DNA from: Octopus bimaculoides
Taxonomy: Eukaryota
Direction of reading: 5' to 3'
Length of the DNA: 33,847 nt
Assembly (NCBI RefSeq): GCF_001194135.2
Contig: NC_068981.1
Span: 24,194,583 to 24,228,429 of the forward strand
Shown piece after piece: positions 1 through 10,793 of the stretch (position 1 is its first letter; each line of letters opens with the position of its first letter). The position numbers were made by a program, and so were the translations under genes. The notes beneath the pieces are model-generated. The model saw only the letters and a program-made list of their open reading frames with translations. It searched no databases and was not told the DNA's origin.

Positions 1-51
<51 letters not shown>
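1..51. repeat. (AG)n microsatellite
   Basis: Perfect AG dinucleotide run at the window start. Confidence 0.95.
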
Positions 52-53
<2 letters not shown>

Positions 54-234
54 ATCTGGTCGCTTTCTTTTCCTTTATGGTCTAGAGGGGATTTATTAAT
101 AATATAAAAGCCTTTTTTAACGCAGACACCGGTCTGGAAATCCTTTATTAATTTGTTTATTTATCCAACTAGCTATTTATTATTTTTTAAATTCTTGTCG
201 AGGATACAGTAATCTTTTTCGATCCACTACGTGA

Positions 235-434
235 ATAATCCTTTCTGTTATAGGCACAAGAGCTGAAGTTTTGGCAAGGGCTCTTTTCGGTTACATCGGC
301 CACACTGCTTCAGTGGAATTTATTTCATCGACTCCGAAAGTCGACCTCGACAGAATTTGATCTTAGAACGCCTCATCCCGAAGAAATGTCTAAGTATATT
401 GTACAATGTGATAACGATACTGCAAGCTCGCCGC
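235..434 (-). mobile_element. Degenerate tRNA-derived SINE, family B
   Basis: Reverse complement resembles the better copy at 6223 (GCGGCGAGCT...head; GTCGAC...TCGATGAAAT core); heavily diverged. Confidence 0.6.
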
Positions 435-801
435 TTTCCACTATGGGAATAATATTATTTCTTTTGCCCCAAGAGAGATGAAAGGAATAGTCGCCCTTGA
501 TAGGACCTGAACTCTAGACGCAAAAAAGCAAATCATAATAAATACCACGTGGTATTTTGTCAGTTGCTTCGCTGATTTTATTCCGAGCAAACTGCTACAT
601 TTTATTGGATTCAGAGATTAGTCGAAGATTAAGGATTTTCTTTATCTGTTGGGTCGGATAGCGAAATCTGGAAGTCAATCTATGGCCAAAACCTTTCCTT
701 ATGAAAATAAACTCCGCAGTTTATATTATTTATTGAGTGCGTTTTTAACTGAAGTTTGGTTGCCTTTCTGTACATTTATGCGCGCGCGCACACACGCACA
801 G

Positions 802-835
<34 letters not shown>

Positions 836-836
836 T

Positions 837-1235
837 CTTTTACTCTTTTACTTGTTTCAGTCATTTGACTGCGGCCATGCTGAAGCACCGCCATTTAGTC
901 GAGCAAATCGACCTCAGGACTTATTCTTTGTAAACCTAGTACTTATTCTAATCGGTCTCTGTTGCTGAACCGCTAAATTACGGGGACGTAAACACACCAG
1001 CATTGGTTGTCAAGCGATGTTAGGGGGGACAAACACAGACACACAAATATATACGCACACACATACATATATACGACGGGCTTCTTTCAGTTTCCATCTA
1101 CCAAATCCACTCACAAGGCTTTGGTCGACCCGAGGCTATAGTGGAAGACACTTGCCCAAGGTGCCACGCAGTGGGACTGAATCCGGAACTATGTGGTTCG
1201 TAGGCAAGCTACCTACCACACAGTCACTCCTACGC
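837..1235 (-). mobile_element. tRNA-derived SINE, family A (most abundant family in the window), full length
   Basis: Reverse complement of the head GCGTAGGAGTGACTGTGTGGTA through the internal (CA)/(TA) tract to the GTAAAAGAG tail; matches the copies at 17366 and 25786. Confidence 0.9.
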
Positions 1236-1270
1236 AATAAGTCCCCCCGTGTCCCTCCCCCGTTATATAA

Positions 1271-1436
1271 GCGCAGGAGTGGCTGTGTGGTAAAAAGCTT
1301 GCTTCTCAACCACATTGTTCCTGGTTCAATCCGACTGCATGGCACCTTGGGAAAGTGTCTTCTACTATAGCCTCGGGTCGGCCAAAACCTTGTGAGTGGA
1401 TTTGGTAGACGGAAACTGAAAGAAGCCCGTCATATA
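1271..1436 (+). mobile_element. SINE family A, 5' half
   Basis: GCGCAGGAGTGGCTGTGTGGTAA...GGAAACTGAAAGAAGCCCGTC; head-to-head with the 837-1235 copy. Confidence 0.88.
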
Positions 1437-1685
1437 TACTAGCAGTACTACCTGCTGTTGATCGAGTAATTACTTCTACTTTTTCTCGGGAGCCACATTC
1501 AATGTGTTATTATATAAATATATAGATTTACTCCTCCCGTATGTGTGTATTTTATAAGAAAAAATATGTAATAATTGAAGTAGGAAAAAGATCAATTTCA
1601 TACACGAACTTTTGTTTGTTTATTATATGATAATAATGAGCTGTGTTATTTTATATATCAATACAATAATGGCGATTATATAATA

Positions 1686-1806
1686 CACAAGGTTTTGGTC
1701 GACACGGTGCTGTAATGAAAGAGAATTATCCAACGTGTCGCACAGTGGGACTGAACGCAAGGCGACATGGTTGGAAAGCAAGCTTCTCAACAACACAGCC
1801 ACGCCT
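1686..1806 (-). mobile_element. SINE family A, degenerate head fragment
   Basis: CACAAGGTTTTGGTCGAC...CAGTGGGACTGAAC...CACAGCCACGCCTA aligns to the reverse-complemented family A head. Confidence 0.65.
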
Positions 1807-1943
1807 ATAAATGAGAAATACATTTTGGATAATATACTCCTTGATATAATATGCTTCACAAAAAGATGGGATGTTTTCGGCAAGAAGACATTTAATTTTA
1901 ATATTTACTAGAGCAACACAAGGACTAACAACGCTACACCATA

Positions 1944-2428
1944 CAGGGTGTTCCAGAATTAACTATCTGTTTGAATGAAATTGGGCAAATTTTTAAAAAA
2001 TACTGACGGAATTTTATGTTTATTACCAAAACAAATAGATTTATAAATCTTACGACAAACTTTTATTGAAAATTTTCAACATGTCTGTATATCTGCATAC
2101 TTCAAATCTCTCCTTAGCGTTGTGAAACACATTTTGAAGCATTTCAGGAGTTAGATCCTGCACTGCTAACTGAATGTGTTCTTTAAGCTCAGCTAAACGA
2201 TTGCTCCACCATAGGATGGAGGTAAAGAAAATGATTGCTGCCAAATTAAAAAAAAAAAACTGTCATGGACAAATAAGAGGGGTCCAACTGGAATGAAAAT
2301 AAAATTATTTACAAAATTCAAAATTTATACACTTTTAACACATATTAAATATAACATAAATAAAAGTGAGTTTTTTTTTTAAATGCATCCGATTTCACTC
2401 AAATCCTCATTAATTCTGGGACACCCTG
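1944..2428 (-). mobile_element. Non-autonomous Tc1/mariner-superfamily DNA transposon (internal-deletion derivative)
   Basis: 19-bp TIRs CAGGGTGTTCCAGAATTAA / TTAATTCTGGGACACCCTG (1 mismatch), with TA on both sides (1942-43, 2429-30). The minus-strand ORF 2050-2244 encodes LAELKEHIQLAVQDLTPEMLQNVFHNAKERFEVC, resembling a Tc1/mariner transposase C-terminus. Confidence 0.85.
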
Positions 2429-3169
2429 TAATTACTCGTCCGACTAAACGGGGGAGGGACACGGGGGGGGGGCCTAATTGCAAGTGGTGAGCGTGGCTTC
2501 TGGAAGTGATCACCCGGTCAAACTTGAATGGCTGTGAGCCACAACAGTTAGCAGTTTGTGTTTTTGTATGAACATTTTGCATTATATAATTCAGACACCG
2601 ATGACATAGAAAGCAGACATGCAGCCGGGCCATGCTGCGTTGCGCAGGATTGGAAACGTGAAACAGCAACAGGGCACTTCTGGAGAATGGATAAATGGGT
2701 TTGCTGTGCCTTTATCCAGCTACACACACACGTACATAGCCTGGTGGTGCGTGGGATGGTAACATGAAGCATTAACAGGGCGCTGACAAAACTTTTAATA
2801 TTCTTCTCATTCCCTCTGCTAAATTGCCAAGAGTTTCCATGAAATATTATACGCTACTTATAATGCATGAGTAGTGTCAATATTTTATCGTCGGAAAATG
2901 GCCTAAAACAAAGAATAAACCCAGTGCAGAATACTTAAATCGGATTAATCTGCATTTCGGGGTGGGGGACATAGTCGGTGTCAGAAATTTGTTTTAGTCA
3001 ACAGCAATTCGAGGAGCTTGATTAATGTTTGTTGCAAATTTGGAGGAAAGCGACTGGATACTATTCAAGTTACAGGCCTTAACGCTAAGAAAATGCTTTA
3101 AAATGCAGGTTATCTGCTCCTGAGCCTACATTAGGCAAAAAGTTGAATATCATTTTGACCAATGATACT

Positions 3170-3270
3170 CCAGGGACCCTATGTAATGCATGTATAAAAT
3201 TTCATTAAAATCGGTTTGGTGGATCTCGAGTTTTAACGACATGACAAACACACAAACAGACACACATATA
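3170..3270 (+). mobile_element. Possible 3' portion of a non-autonomous Helitron/Helentron-like element
   Basis: AAATTTCATTAAAATCGGTTTGGTGGATCTCGAGTT followed by ACAAACACACAAACAGAC resembles motifs of invertebrate non-autonomous rolling-circle elements; pattern recognition only. Confidence 0.3.
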
Positions 3271-3290
3271 TAGACATATATGTATGTATT

Positions 3291-3496
3291 TGTGTGTCTG
3301 TGTTTGTCTCCCATCATCGCTTTACAACCGGTGTTGGTGTGTTTACGTCCCGTAAGTTAGTGGTTCGGCAAAAGACCTTAATAGAATAACTGTTACGCTT
3401 ACAAAGAATAAGTCTTGGGGTCAATTTATTCGACTAAAGGCAGTGCTCCACCACGGCCGCTGTCAAATGACTAAAACAAAATAAAAGAGTAAAAGA
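3291..3496 (+). mobile_element. SINE family A, 3' half (5'-truncated)
   Basis: GTGTCTGTGTTTGTCTCC...GTGTTTACGTCCCGTAAG...GTCAAATGACT...AAGAGTAAAAGA. Confidence 0.85.
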
Positions 3497-4279
3497 ATAT
3501 ATGTGTCTGTAGGTATATATATATAATTTCCAGGATTCAAGAGAATCAGGTACTCAAATAATAAAGCACCAACTCTCTGGCCGAATTTGGGTCGCTCGAG
3601 TCAAATTCTTCTGTTCATCAATAAAAGAAAACACGTCTGAAACAGCTGTAGTGAACCACAATCCATCTGTTGTTATTTGTTTATATGTATGTATATATGT
3701 ATGTATGTATGCTAGGAATATCATTGCAAGAGCATATCCGAAATGAAATAATTCGAGAAGAGAACGGAGTGGGTGACGTGATTGCAGAATACTCAAAGCC
3801 CAGTTCCTTTGAGCCGGTCATGTCACATGGTTAACTGACAACAGGTGGATCCGTACAGTTGCCGAGTGATAGACAAGAGATAGCAAGAGGCCTCTTGGAA
3901 GGCCTCTACGACGATGGGAATACAATTTAATTAAACTATTTGGACCAAGATGGAAAGAAATAGACCAATAAAAAAAAAATTGGAACCGCATCGTGACCAG
4001 CGATGAATAATATCACTCGATAATCTGGTTGAATTAGGTTATCAGATTTTCATAACATCATAATTACATATAATCTTTACGTGTGTTTCATTGGAGATTA
4101 CTTGTATGTTTTGCAGTAATCATTACGTAGACATTTGCATAATCATATTGAAACGCCGGATCCTCAGTATATATATATGTGTGTATTTACATATAATAGG
4201 TAAACGTACACAAGCACACACACGCACAAACGAAAGAAGAAACACTCAACACATGTTTTGAGAGTTACATGCATTGATT

Positions 4280-4394
4280 AAAACAGTCTGATTCGGGTTC
4301 CGTTGTACTTAAAGTTTCAAGGCCCCAAACGGAAATGCCTCCTGTTAGGGGCTTTGAAACTTTATGCAGCACGGAACCCGAATTAAACTGTTTT
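4280..4394. repeat. Imperfect inverted repeat (47-bp arms, 21-nt loop)
   Basis: 4280-4326 matches the reverse complement of 4348-4394 at about 40 of 47 positions. Confidence 0.85.
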
Positions 4395-4399
4395 GAACA

Positions 4400-4441
<42 letters not shown>

Positions 4442-4460
4442 TTCAAAATATATACATATA

Positions 4461-4853
4461 GGCGTAGGAGTGGCTGTGTGGTAAGTAGTTCCGGGTTCAA
4501 TCCCACTGCATGGTACCTTGGGCAAGTGTCTTCTATTATAGCCTCGGGCCGACCGAGGCCTTGTGAGTGGATTTGGTAGACAGAAACTGAAAGAAGGCCG
4601 TCGTATATATGTATATATGTATGTGTGTGTATATGTTTGTGTGTCTGTGTTTGTCCTCTCAACATCACTTGACAACCGATGCTGATATGTTTACGTCCCC
4701 GTAACTTGGCGGTTCGGCAAAAGAGACCGATAGAATAAGTACTAGGCCTACAAAGAATAAATCCTGTGGTCAATTTACTCGACTGAAGGTGGTGCTCCAG
4801 CATGGCTACAGTCAAATGATTGAAACAAGTAAAAGAGTAAAAGAGTAAAAGAG
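4461..4853 (+). mobile_element. SINE family A, near full length (small deletion in head)
   Basis: GGCGTAGGAGTGGCTGTGTGGTAAGTAG...(GTAAAAGA)3 tail. Confidence 0.9.
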
Positions 4854-6049
4854 ATATATATACGTACATGCATGCGTAACTACATATACATAAATATATG
4901 TATATACGTGTTTTCAGTTTGTATGTTTGTGTGTATGCATGCATGTACGTATATATCTCTGTAAACTAGTGTGAACACATTATCTGAAGCATGCTGCATC
5001 CAGCTGTGAGATTACACTTTATAAATAGTGGTTAATAAAAGATGTACTTTTTAAATGTTTGTGTATCTTTAACGTTTTTTATTAGTAACACAGCTATGTT
5101 CCAGTTTAATTGCATAAGAAAGTGTTTTTTTTTTCTATAAGACTTGAGCAGTTTGTTTGGAACAATATATTTCTAAATTCATTTTTTGTCGACATTCTTA
5201 AACTTATCATTAGGATAAAGAGTGGTGTTGATTTCTATAATGCTTCTTTCATAGCAAGCGATATTAATTTCTTTTTACGTAGACTTTTCCCACCAGATTT
5301 AGAACGTTAAATTTCCACATTACCAGCCATATTTTTTTACTATCAAAATTGCGTATCTGTAGTCACGTGCTTATGCTGTTTGTGACGCGTGTATTTTCCA
5401 TACACATTGTTTTAGCTCTTTGTTTTAGCATCGTGTTGTACTTCACGATGAGTCTACGAGAGAGAGTATATGTATTATGCCCTTATGGCCAATATAATAT
5501 CATAAATGACATTGTTTATTTGTTGCTTGTTCTCGGGTTTACATGCGTGTTGTATATTGTTAATAATGAGACTTTAGATTTTTATGTTTTCGTAATGTAC
5601 TAAATGTCAGTTTATAACTCAGTGTTATACGCTTAGTGTTTCATTTTATGAGATTTCTGATGCGTTCGTCTGTTCTATGCATTTAGTTCACATCATACAG
5701 TTAAGTAATTTGTCTATTTTAGTAGTAGTAACACATGGTATGATTGGTGCACAGCATTTTTGTCTATATTCATCAGCAACTTGATGACTGGTTTATAAGA
5801 ATATTCGTTGTTAATTAGTGTTTAGTTCTATTCTGTATGTTCCTTTATCTAATGGTTCATATGTGAAAGAGAATCTAATTGCTCTCCTAAATAGCGATTT
5901 TACTTATAAGTGCATTCGCTATCTCCAAGTAGATATATGCATTTATTTGTGTTTTTGATGTATATTGACGTAATAGAAATTGGTTTGAAATTTTAGAACA
6001 AATCCAGCAGTTTCGGGATTTGGAGTAAGTCTATTACATGGACGCCAGA

Positions 6050-6194
6050 TCACAACTGGTACGTATTTTATCGATCCCGACAAGATGAAATGCAATGTCG
6101 ACCTCGACGGAATTTGTTCTCTTAGCATAAAGATGGACAAATTGCCACAATGCATTTTACCCGGCGGGGCTAACGATTCTGCCAGCTCGCCGCC
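6050..6194 (-). mobile_element. SINE family B, degenerate
   Basis: Ends in GCTAACGATTCTGCCAGCTCGCCGCC, the reverse complement of the family B head. Confidence 0.8.
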
Positions 6195-6222
6195 TATTGC
6201 CGTAATACATATTGACTTATAG

Positions 6223-6452
6223 GGCGGCGAGCTGGCAGAATGGTTAGCACGCTGGGCAAAATGCTGAGCGGTATTTCGTCTGCCGTTACGTTCAGAGTTC
6301 AAATTCCGCCGAGGTCGATTTGGCTTTCATCCTTTCTCAGTCGATTAAATAAGTACCAGTTACGCACTGGGGTCGATGTAAGCGACTTAATTCCTTTGTC
6401 TGTCCTTGCTTGTCCCCTCTATTTTTAGCCCATTGTGGGCAACAACGAAATA
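6223..6452 (+). mobile_element. tRNA-derived SINE, family B, full length
   Basis: Head GGCGGCGAGCTGGCAGAATGGTTAGC (A box), GAGTTCAAATTCC (B box), core CTTTCATCCTTTC...GTACCAG...GGGGTCGATGTAA, A-rich end. Confidence 0.88.
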
Positions 6453-6701
6453 AATATATATTGATTTATGATATGTAAATCTTACGGTTTAATTACGGGC
6501 CTCGTAGCTTCAGCGCTAATCTTCAAAAATCCTAATTGCAAAGTCTGCATGAAAAAAAAAAAACTGCTTACTATGAAAGACGTAGTGCAGATGCCAACGC
6601 TCATTCATATTCTGATTGGGTGTTTTGAGATAATTTAAAAGCATTGATTAAAATGCAGCAAATAAGTTGCGACGGTTTTATANNNNNNNNNNAGTCAGGA
6701 T

Positions 6702-6774
6702 GGCCACGTGGCCTAATGGATAAGGCGTCTGACTTCGAATCAGAAGATGGCGAGATCGTGTCTTGTTGTGGTCG
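6702..6774 (+). pseudogene. tRNA-Arg-TCG: tRNA-Arg(UCG) probable pseudogene
   Basis: 73-nt copy with intact anticodon arm (TCTGA-CTTCGAA-TCAGA), but the T-loop/B box is mutated (GATCGTGTC vs GTTCGAGTC: T54A, A58T), plus T48G. Confidence 0.8.
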
Positions 6775-7526
6775 GCCAATTTCTTTTATTGCAGAATATC
6801 TGATTAATTTGGTAATTAGATTACTGTTATATGTTGCACGTCTATAATTACTTTCTATTTTTGTTCTGCGAACCATAAGAAGATTTTCTGAGCTTGGAAC
6901 CAGCTATTCCGAAGACAAATTTGTTGTCATTGTTTTTACCGATTAGCCGTATACTAATTTTGATTGTGAAGAATTGTGATCAAAATCTTTCGCTATGTCC
7001 AACATGACTTTTGTTCCGACGGTTTATCTTTGATTATATTACTCAACCTATTTAAATTATTTTATTTTAAAAGATAAACTAAGATGATACGTCGATTTGG
7101 TTGCTTAGAGATATCTACAGCAAGGATGAACGACACCACTGAAGGTCTCTCAATGATATGAAATACCACCATTGTGACAAGGCTCGTGACCAAGATTATA
7201 AAGGTTGGGGGTTAAATTCCTGAATTGGGCGGCGCGTTATGACCTTCATTAAAGCAGTTCATTTCCTGTTGCTCCAATTTATTCAGCTGTAGCCTACAAG
7301 CCAAGTACTGATACAGCCGTTTCTTACTCCAACTGTCACATCCTTAATATTTCACAGGATCAAGAGTGGGAGGAGCAAGATGGTATCTATGTATGGCCAC
7401 AACAAAATAGTCCCATAAAATGATGAGCAAAAGTACTGTACATATTATGGAACTATAGTGGGTCGAGAGTGAACTTTCGCGGTACCACTTCAGCGAGTAG
7501 TTAAAAAGAAAGACAAAAAAATGACT

Positions 7527-7599
7527 CGATCACGGCGAGACTCGAGCTTTCAATCTACTCATTCGAAGTTAGACGCCTTATCCATTGGGCTAAGCGGCA
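7527..7599 (-). pseudogene. tRNA-Arg-TCG: tRNA-Arg(UCG) pseudogene
   Basis: About 12 substitutions versus the intact copy, including G1T, G30A, C40G (anticodon stem broken) and T54C. Confidence 0.8.
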
Positions 7600-7807
7600 G
7601 ACATATTTGCACTTTAGCCTGTAGCCTACAAGTCAAGTACTGATGCGGCCGTTCTACAACTGTCACATCCTTAATGTTCCACAAGGTCAAGGGCGAGCGG
7701 ATGGAGATGGTGTCTATGAATGGCCACAATTAAATAGGCTGCTAACAGGATGAGCGGAGGTACCGTAGTACCACTTTAGCGAGAGGTTTATAAAACAAGA
7801 AGAATTT

Positions 7808-7880
7808 CGACCACGACGAGACTCGAACTCGCAATCTTCTGATTCGAAGTCAGACGCCTTATCCATTAGGCCACGCGGCC
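7808..7880 (-). tRNA. tRNA-Arg-TCG: tRNA-Arg(UCG), intact
   Basis: Reverse complement GGCCGCGTGGCCTAATGGATAAGGCGTCTGACTTCGAATCAGAAGATTGCGAGTTCGAGTCTCGTCGTGGTCG: full cloverleaf, A and B boxes, T4 run ~13 nt downstream. Confidence 0.95.
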
Positions 7881-8933
7881 GTCGGTATTAGCAGGTCTAG
7901 AATAATATATATATTTCATAAAATAAATTACGCATGTGGGCGTGTTTGTTGCTTGAGGAGTAACTGAGAGAAGTACTCCGCTTGTGAAAGGTTCCAAATG
8001 TTTCGGACGCTATACACTTAGTAGACACTAGTCACAGACTCGGGTCTCTACCGAGTGTTTTCTCCGCTGGACAAAGTTACAATTCTTTTCCCATAACAGG
8101 AAAAGTCACTACCATATCACCGATCAATATGCCAAACTCGGCTGACACCAGTCTCGTTCGGCAGCATTGATGTGTTGTGTTGAGCTGAGATCCAACAAAG
8201 AAAACTCCCTTTTCAAGCTTAGATTACATGTAATTGGTGGCGTGACTAAACGTTCATCTCTAGCACCGTATACCAACTAATTTCATTCTTTCTTCTTACC
8301 ACTAAATCCATTAACATCAGGATTTACACACTACAAATTTATCGCTATCTACCTTTGTCTAAACTTTATAAAGCCAACAACCGTGACTGTTCTCTCGTCC
8401 TCGCTGGTATTACCATACACAACTCTTATCTGTTTGCTTTCACCCACGCTAGAGACGTAGCTAGAGTGTCTGGCACGTGAGGCAGGCTTGATCCCATTTC
8501 CTCCTCGACTAGAGGCTTATACATGAGACCCAGAACGGTTGACCTTATAAAAGCGTCGCTCGGTGTGGACCACCCCTCTGACTTCACTACAACGGTATTA
8601 CTGGCTTTTATATCCTATTTGGTCATTGTCCCCTTTCCTATGTCTCTGACACCAACAATGNNNNNNNNNNNNNNNNNNNNNNNNNNNNNNNNNNNNNNNN
8701 NNNNNNNNNNNNNNNNNNNNNNNNNNNNNNNNNNNNNNNNNNNNNNNNNNNNNNNNNNNNAAGTACTAATACGGCCGTTCAACAACTGTCACATCCTTAA
8801 TGTTCCACAAGGTCACGGGCGAGTGGACCGCGATGGTGTCTAGGAATGGTCACCACAAAATAGGCCCCTAACAGGATGAGCGAAGGTACTGTAGTACCAC
8901 TTTAGCGAGAGGTTTATAAAAGAAAAAAAATTT

Positions 8934-9006
8934 CGACCACAACGAGACTCGAACTCGCAATCTTCTGATTCGAAGTCAGACGCCTTATCCAATAGGCCAC
9001 GCGGCC
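8934..9006 (-). tRNA. tRNA-Arg-TCG: tRNA-Arg(UCG), variant (A15T, C66T)
   Basis: Two differences from the 7808 copy; long T-tract terminator follows. Confidence 0.85.
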
Positions 9007-9973
9007 GTCTGTCTTAACAGGTTTAGAATAATATATATATTTCATAAAATAAATTACGCATGTGGGCGTGTTTGTTGCTTGAGGAGTAACTGAGAGAAGT
9101 ACTCCGCTTGTGAAAGGTTCCAAATGTTTCGGCCGCTATACACTTACTAGACACTAGTTGCAGACTCGGATCTCTACCGAATGTTTTCTCCGGTGCACAA
9201 AGTTACAATGCTTTTCTCGTGAGAGGAAAAGTCACTACCGCACCACCGATCAATATGCCAAACCCGGCTGACACCAGTCTCGTACAGCAGGGTTGATGTG
9301 TTGCGTTGAGCTGTGATCCACAGTTATAAGATGATCCGACAAAGCAGCAACTCCCTTTTCAAGCTTAGATTACATGTAGTGGAAATTTAGTCGTTCATCT
9401 CTAGCACCGTACACCAACTAATTTCATTCTTTCTTCTTACCACTAAATCCATTAACATCAGGATTTACACACTACAAAACTATTACTATCTACCTCATGT
9501 CTAATCTTCATGAAGACAACAACCATGACTGTTCTATCATCCTCGCTATTATTACCTCACAGAACTGTTTACTTTCATCCTCGCTTGACTCCCATTTCCT
9601 CCTCGAATAGAGGCTTATTTATACAGGAGACCCAGAACGGTTGACCTTATAAAAGCTTTGCTCGGTGTGGACCACCCCTCTGACTTCACTACAACGGTAT
9701 TACTGGCCTTTATATCCTATTTGGTCATTGTCCACTTTCCTATGTCTCTGACACCAACAATGTCTTTTGCTTATTGTTATTGCCCTCCAATTGCTTTCAA
9801 ACCCGCCTGTAGTCCTACATAGTCAACCATTTTAACGATGAATTCCAGGTTCTACAATTCTTTCTTCATTGAAGTACCATATTAGAACTTTTGACCCTTA
9901 TATCTCTGCATCTCGCTGAACTGATCCCTAGCCTCCATTGCTTTTCTTTTTCCGATGAATTACACCATATGGT

Positions 9974-10027
9974 GTGAGTTGCTTATGAGTAAGTGATCAT
10001 ATGATCACTTACTCATAAGCAACTCAC
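9974..10027. repeat. Perfect 54-bp palindrome with no spacer
   Basis: GTGAGTTGCTTATGAGTAAGTGATCAT|ATGATCACTTACTCATAAGCAACTCAC: the 27-bp arms are exact reverse complements. Confidence 0.95.
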
Positions 10028-10377
10028 TTCTTTCAACTTCAACATTATCTTCTCCTCTTTCCATAACAGTTTAGAATTCACTTCACCATCTCCAACGCTA
10101 CCATCAATATTCTGGACATCGTTTTCATTGGCAAATCTCAACTCTCCAACATAGCTCTTTACAAACCCACCATCTTCCTTTCTCCATCCTAACCAAATCC
10201 ACCCTCTGCAACACCTGTCCTTTTTACTGCTATCACACTGTCATTAATATCACAAGTCTATTTGGTCTTAAGCCTAAAATATAAACTGCCAATGATTTTA
10301 CTTCTATCATCGTAAACATAATATTCTGAATTAAATGCCGACAGTAATTTACAATGCATTTAAACTTTTGGATTTCT

Positions 10378-10485
10378 GCGTTCTGAGTTCAAATCCCACC
10401 AGAATCAACGTTGCCTTTCATCCCGCCGGAGTCGATGAAATAAAATACTACTCAAATATGTGGAGTCGATGTAATCGAGTAATCC
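10378..10485 (+). mobile_element. SINE family B fragment
   Basis: GTTCTGAGTTCAAATCCCACC...GCCTTTCATCC...GGAGTCGATGTAATCG. Confidence 0.65.
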
Positions 10486-10624
10486 TTCACACTGGTGTTA
10501 TGATTGAATTACAAATCTATTAGTTATTTAGGCTCTCACTCTCAATCAAGACATAAACCATCGAAAATACAATGCGGTTACCTACACTCTCTGGATCTTT
10601 CCTTATCATCGGATCATGCCGTAT

Positions 10625-10793
10625 AAATCCCCATCAGGATGTGTCACCGGTGCGTCGCGGAATTACTCATTTTTACCAGCTTAATGGACTAGATCAACGT
10701 GAAATGAATACTACGCGTCACCCAGTCCAGTAACAGAAACCTCAATCTTACGATAATGAGTCCAACACCCTTACCACTAAGCCACGCGCCTCC
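10625..10793 (-). mobile_element. tRNA-derived SINE, family D (in left IR arm)
   Basis: Reverse complement of GAGGCGCGTGGCTTAGTGGTAAGGGTGTTGGACTCATTATCG...; counterpart at 22815. Confidence 0.75.

Larger units (their letters stand above)
7287..9762. repeat. Tandem repeat units carrying tRNA-Arg: unit a 7287-7618 (old, partial), unit b 7619-8660, unit c 8761-9762
   Basis: Units a and b share the start CTGTAGCCTACAAG..CAAGTACT; unit c resumes at AAGTACT after the gap. Units b and c align over ~1 kb and both end TGTCTCTGACACCAACAATG; a 100-N gap separates them. Confidence 0.9.

Noticed and set aside
9763-10175. Possible ancient LINE 3' fragment on the minus strand
   Set aside because: Only vague, frameshifted peptide similarity; cannot be supported without a profile search.
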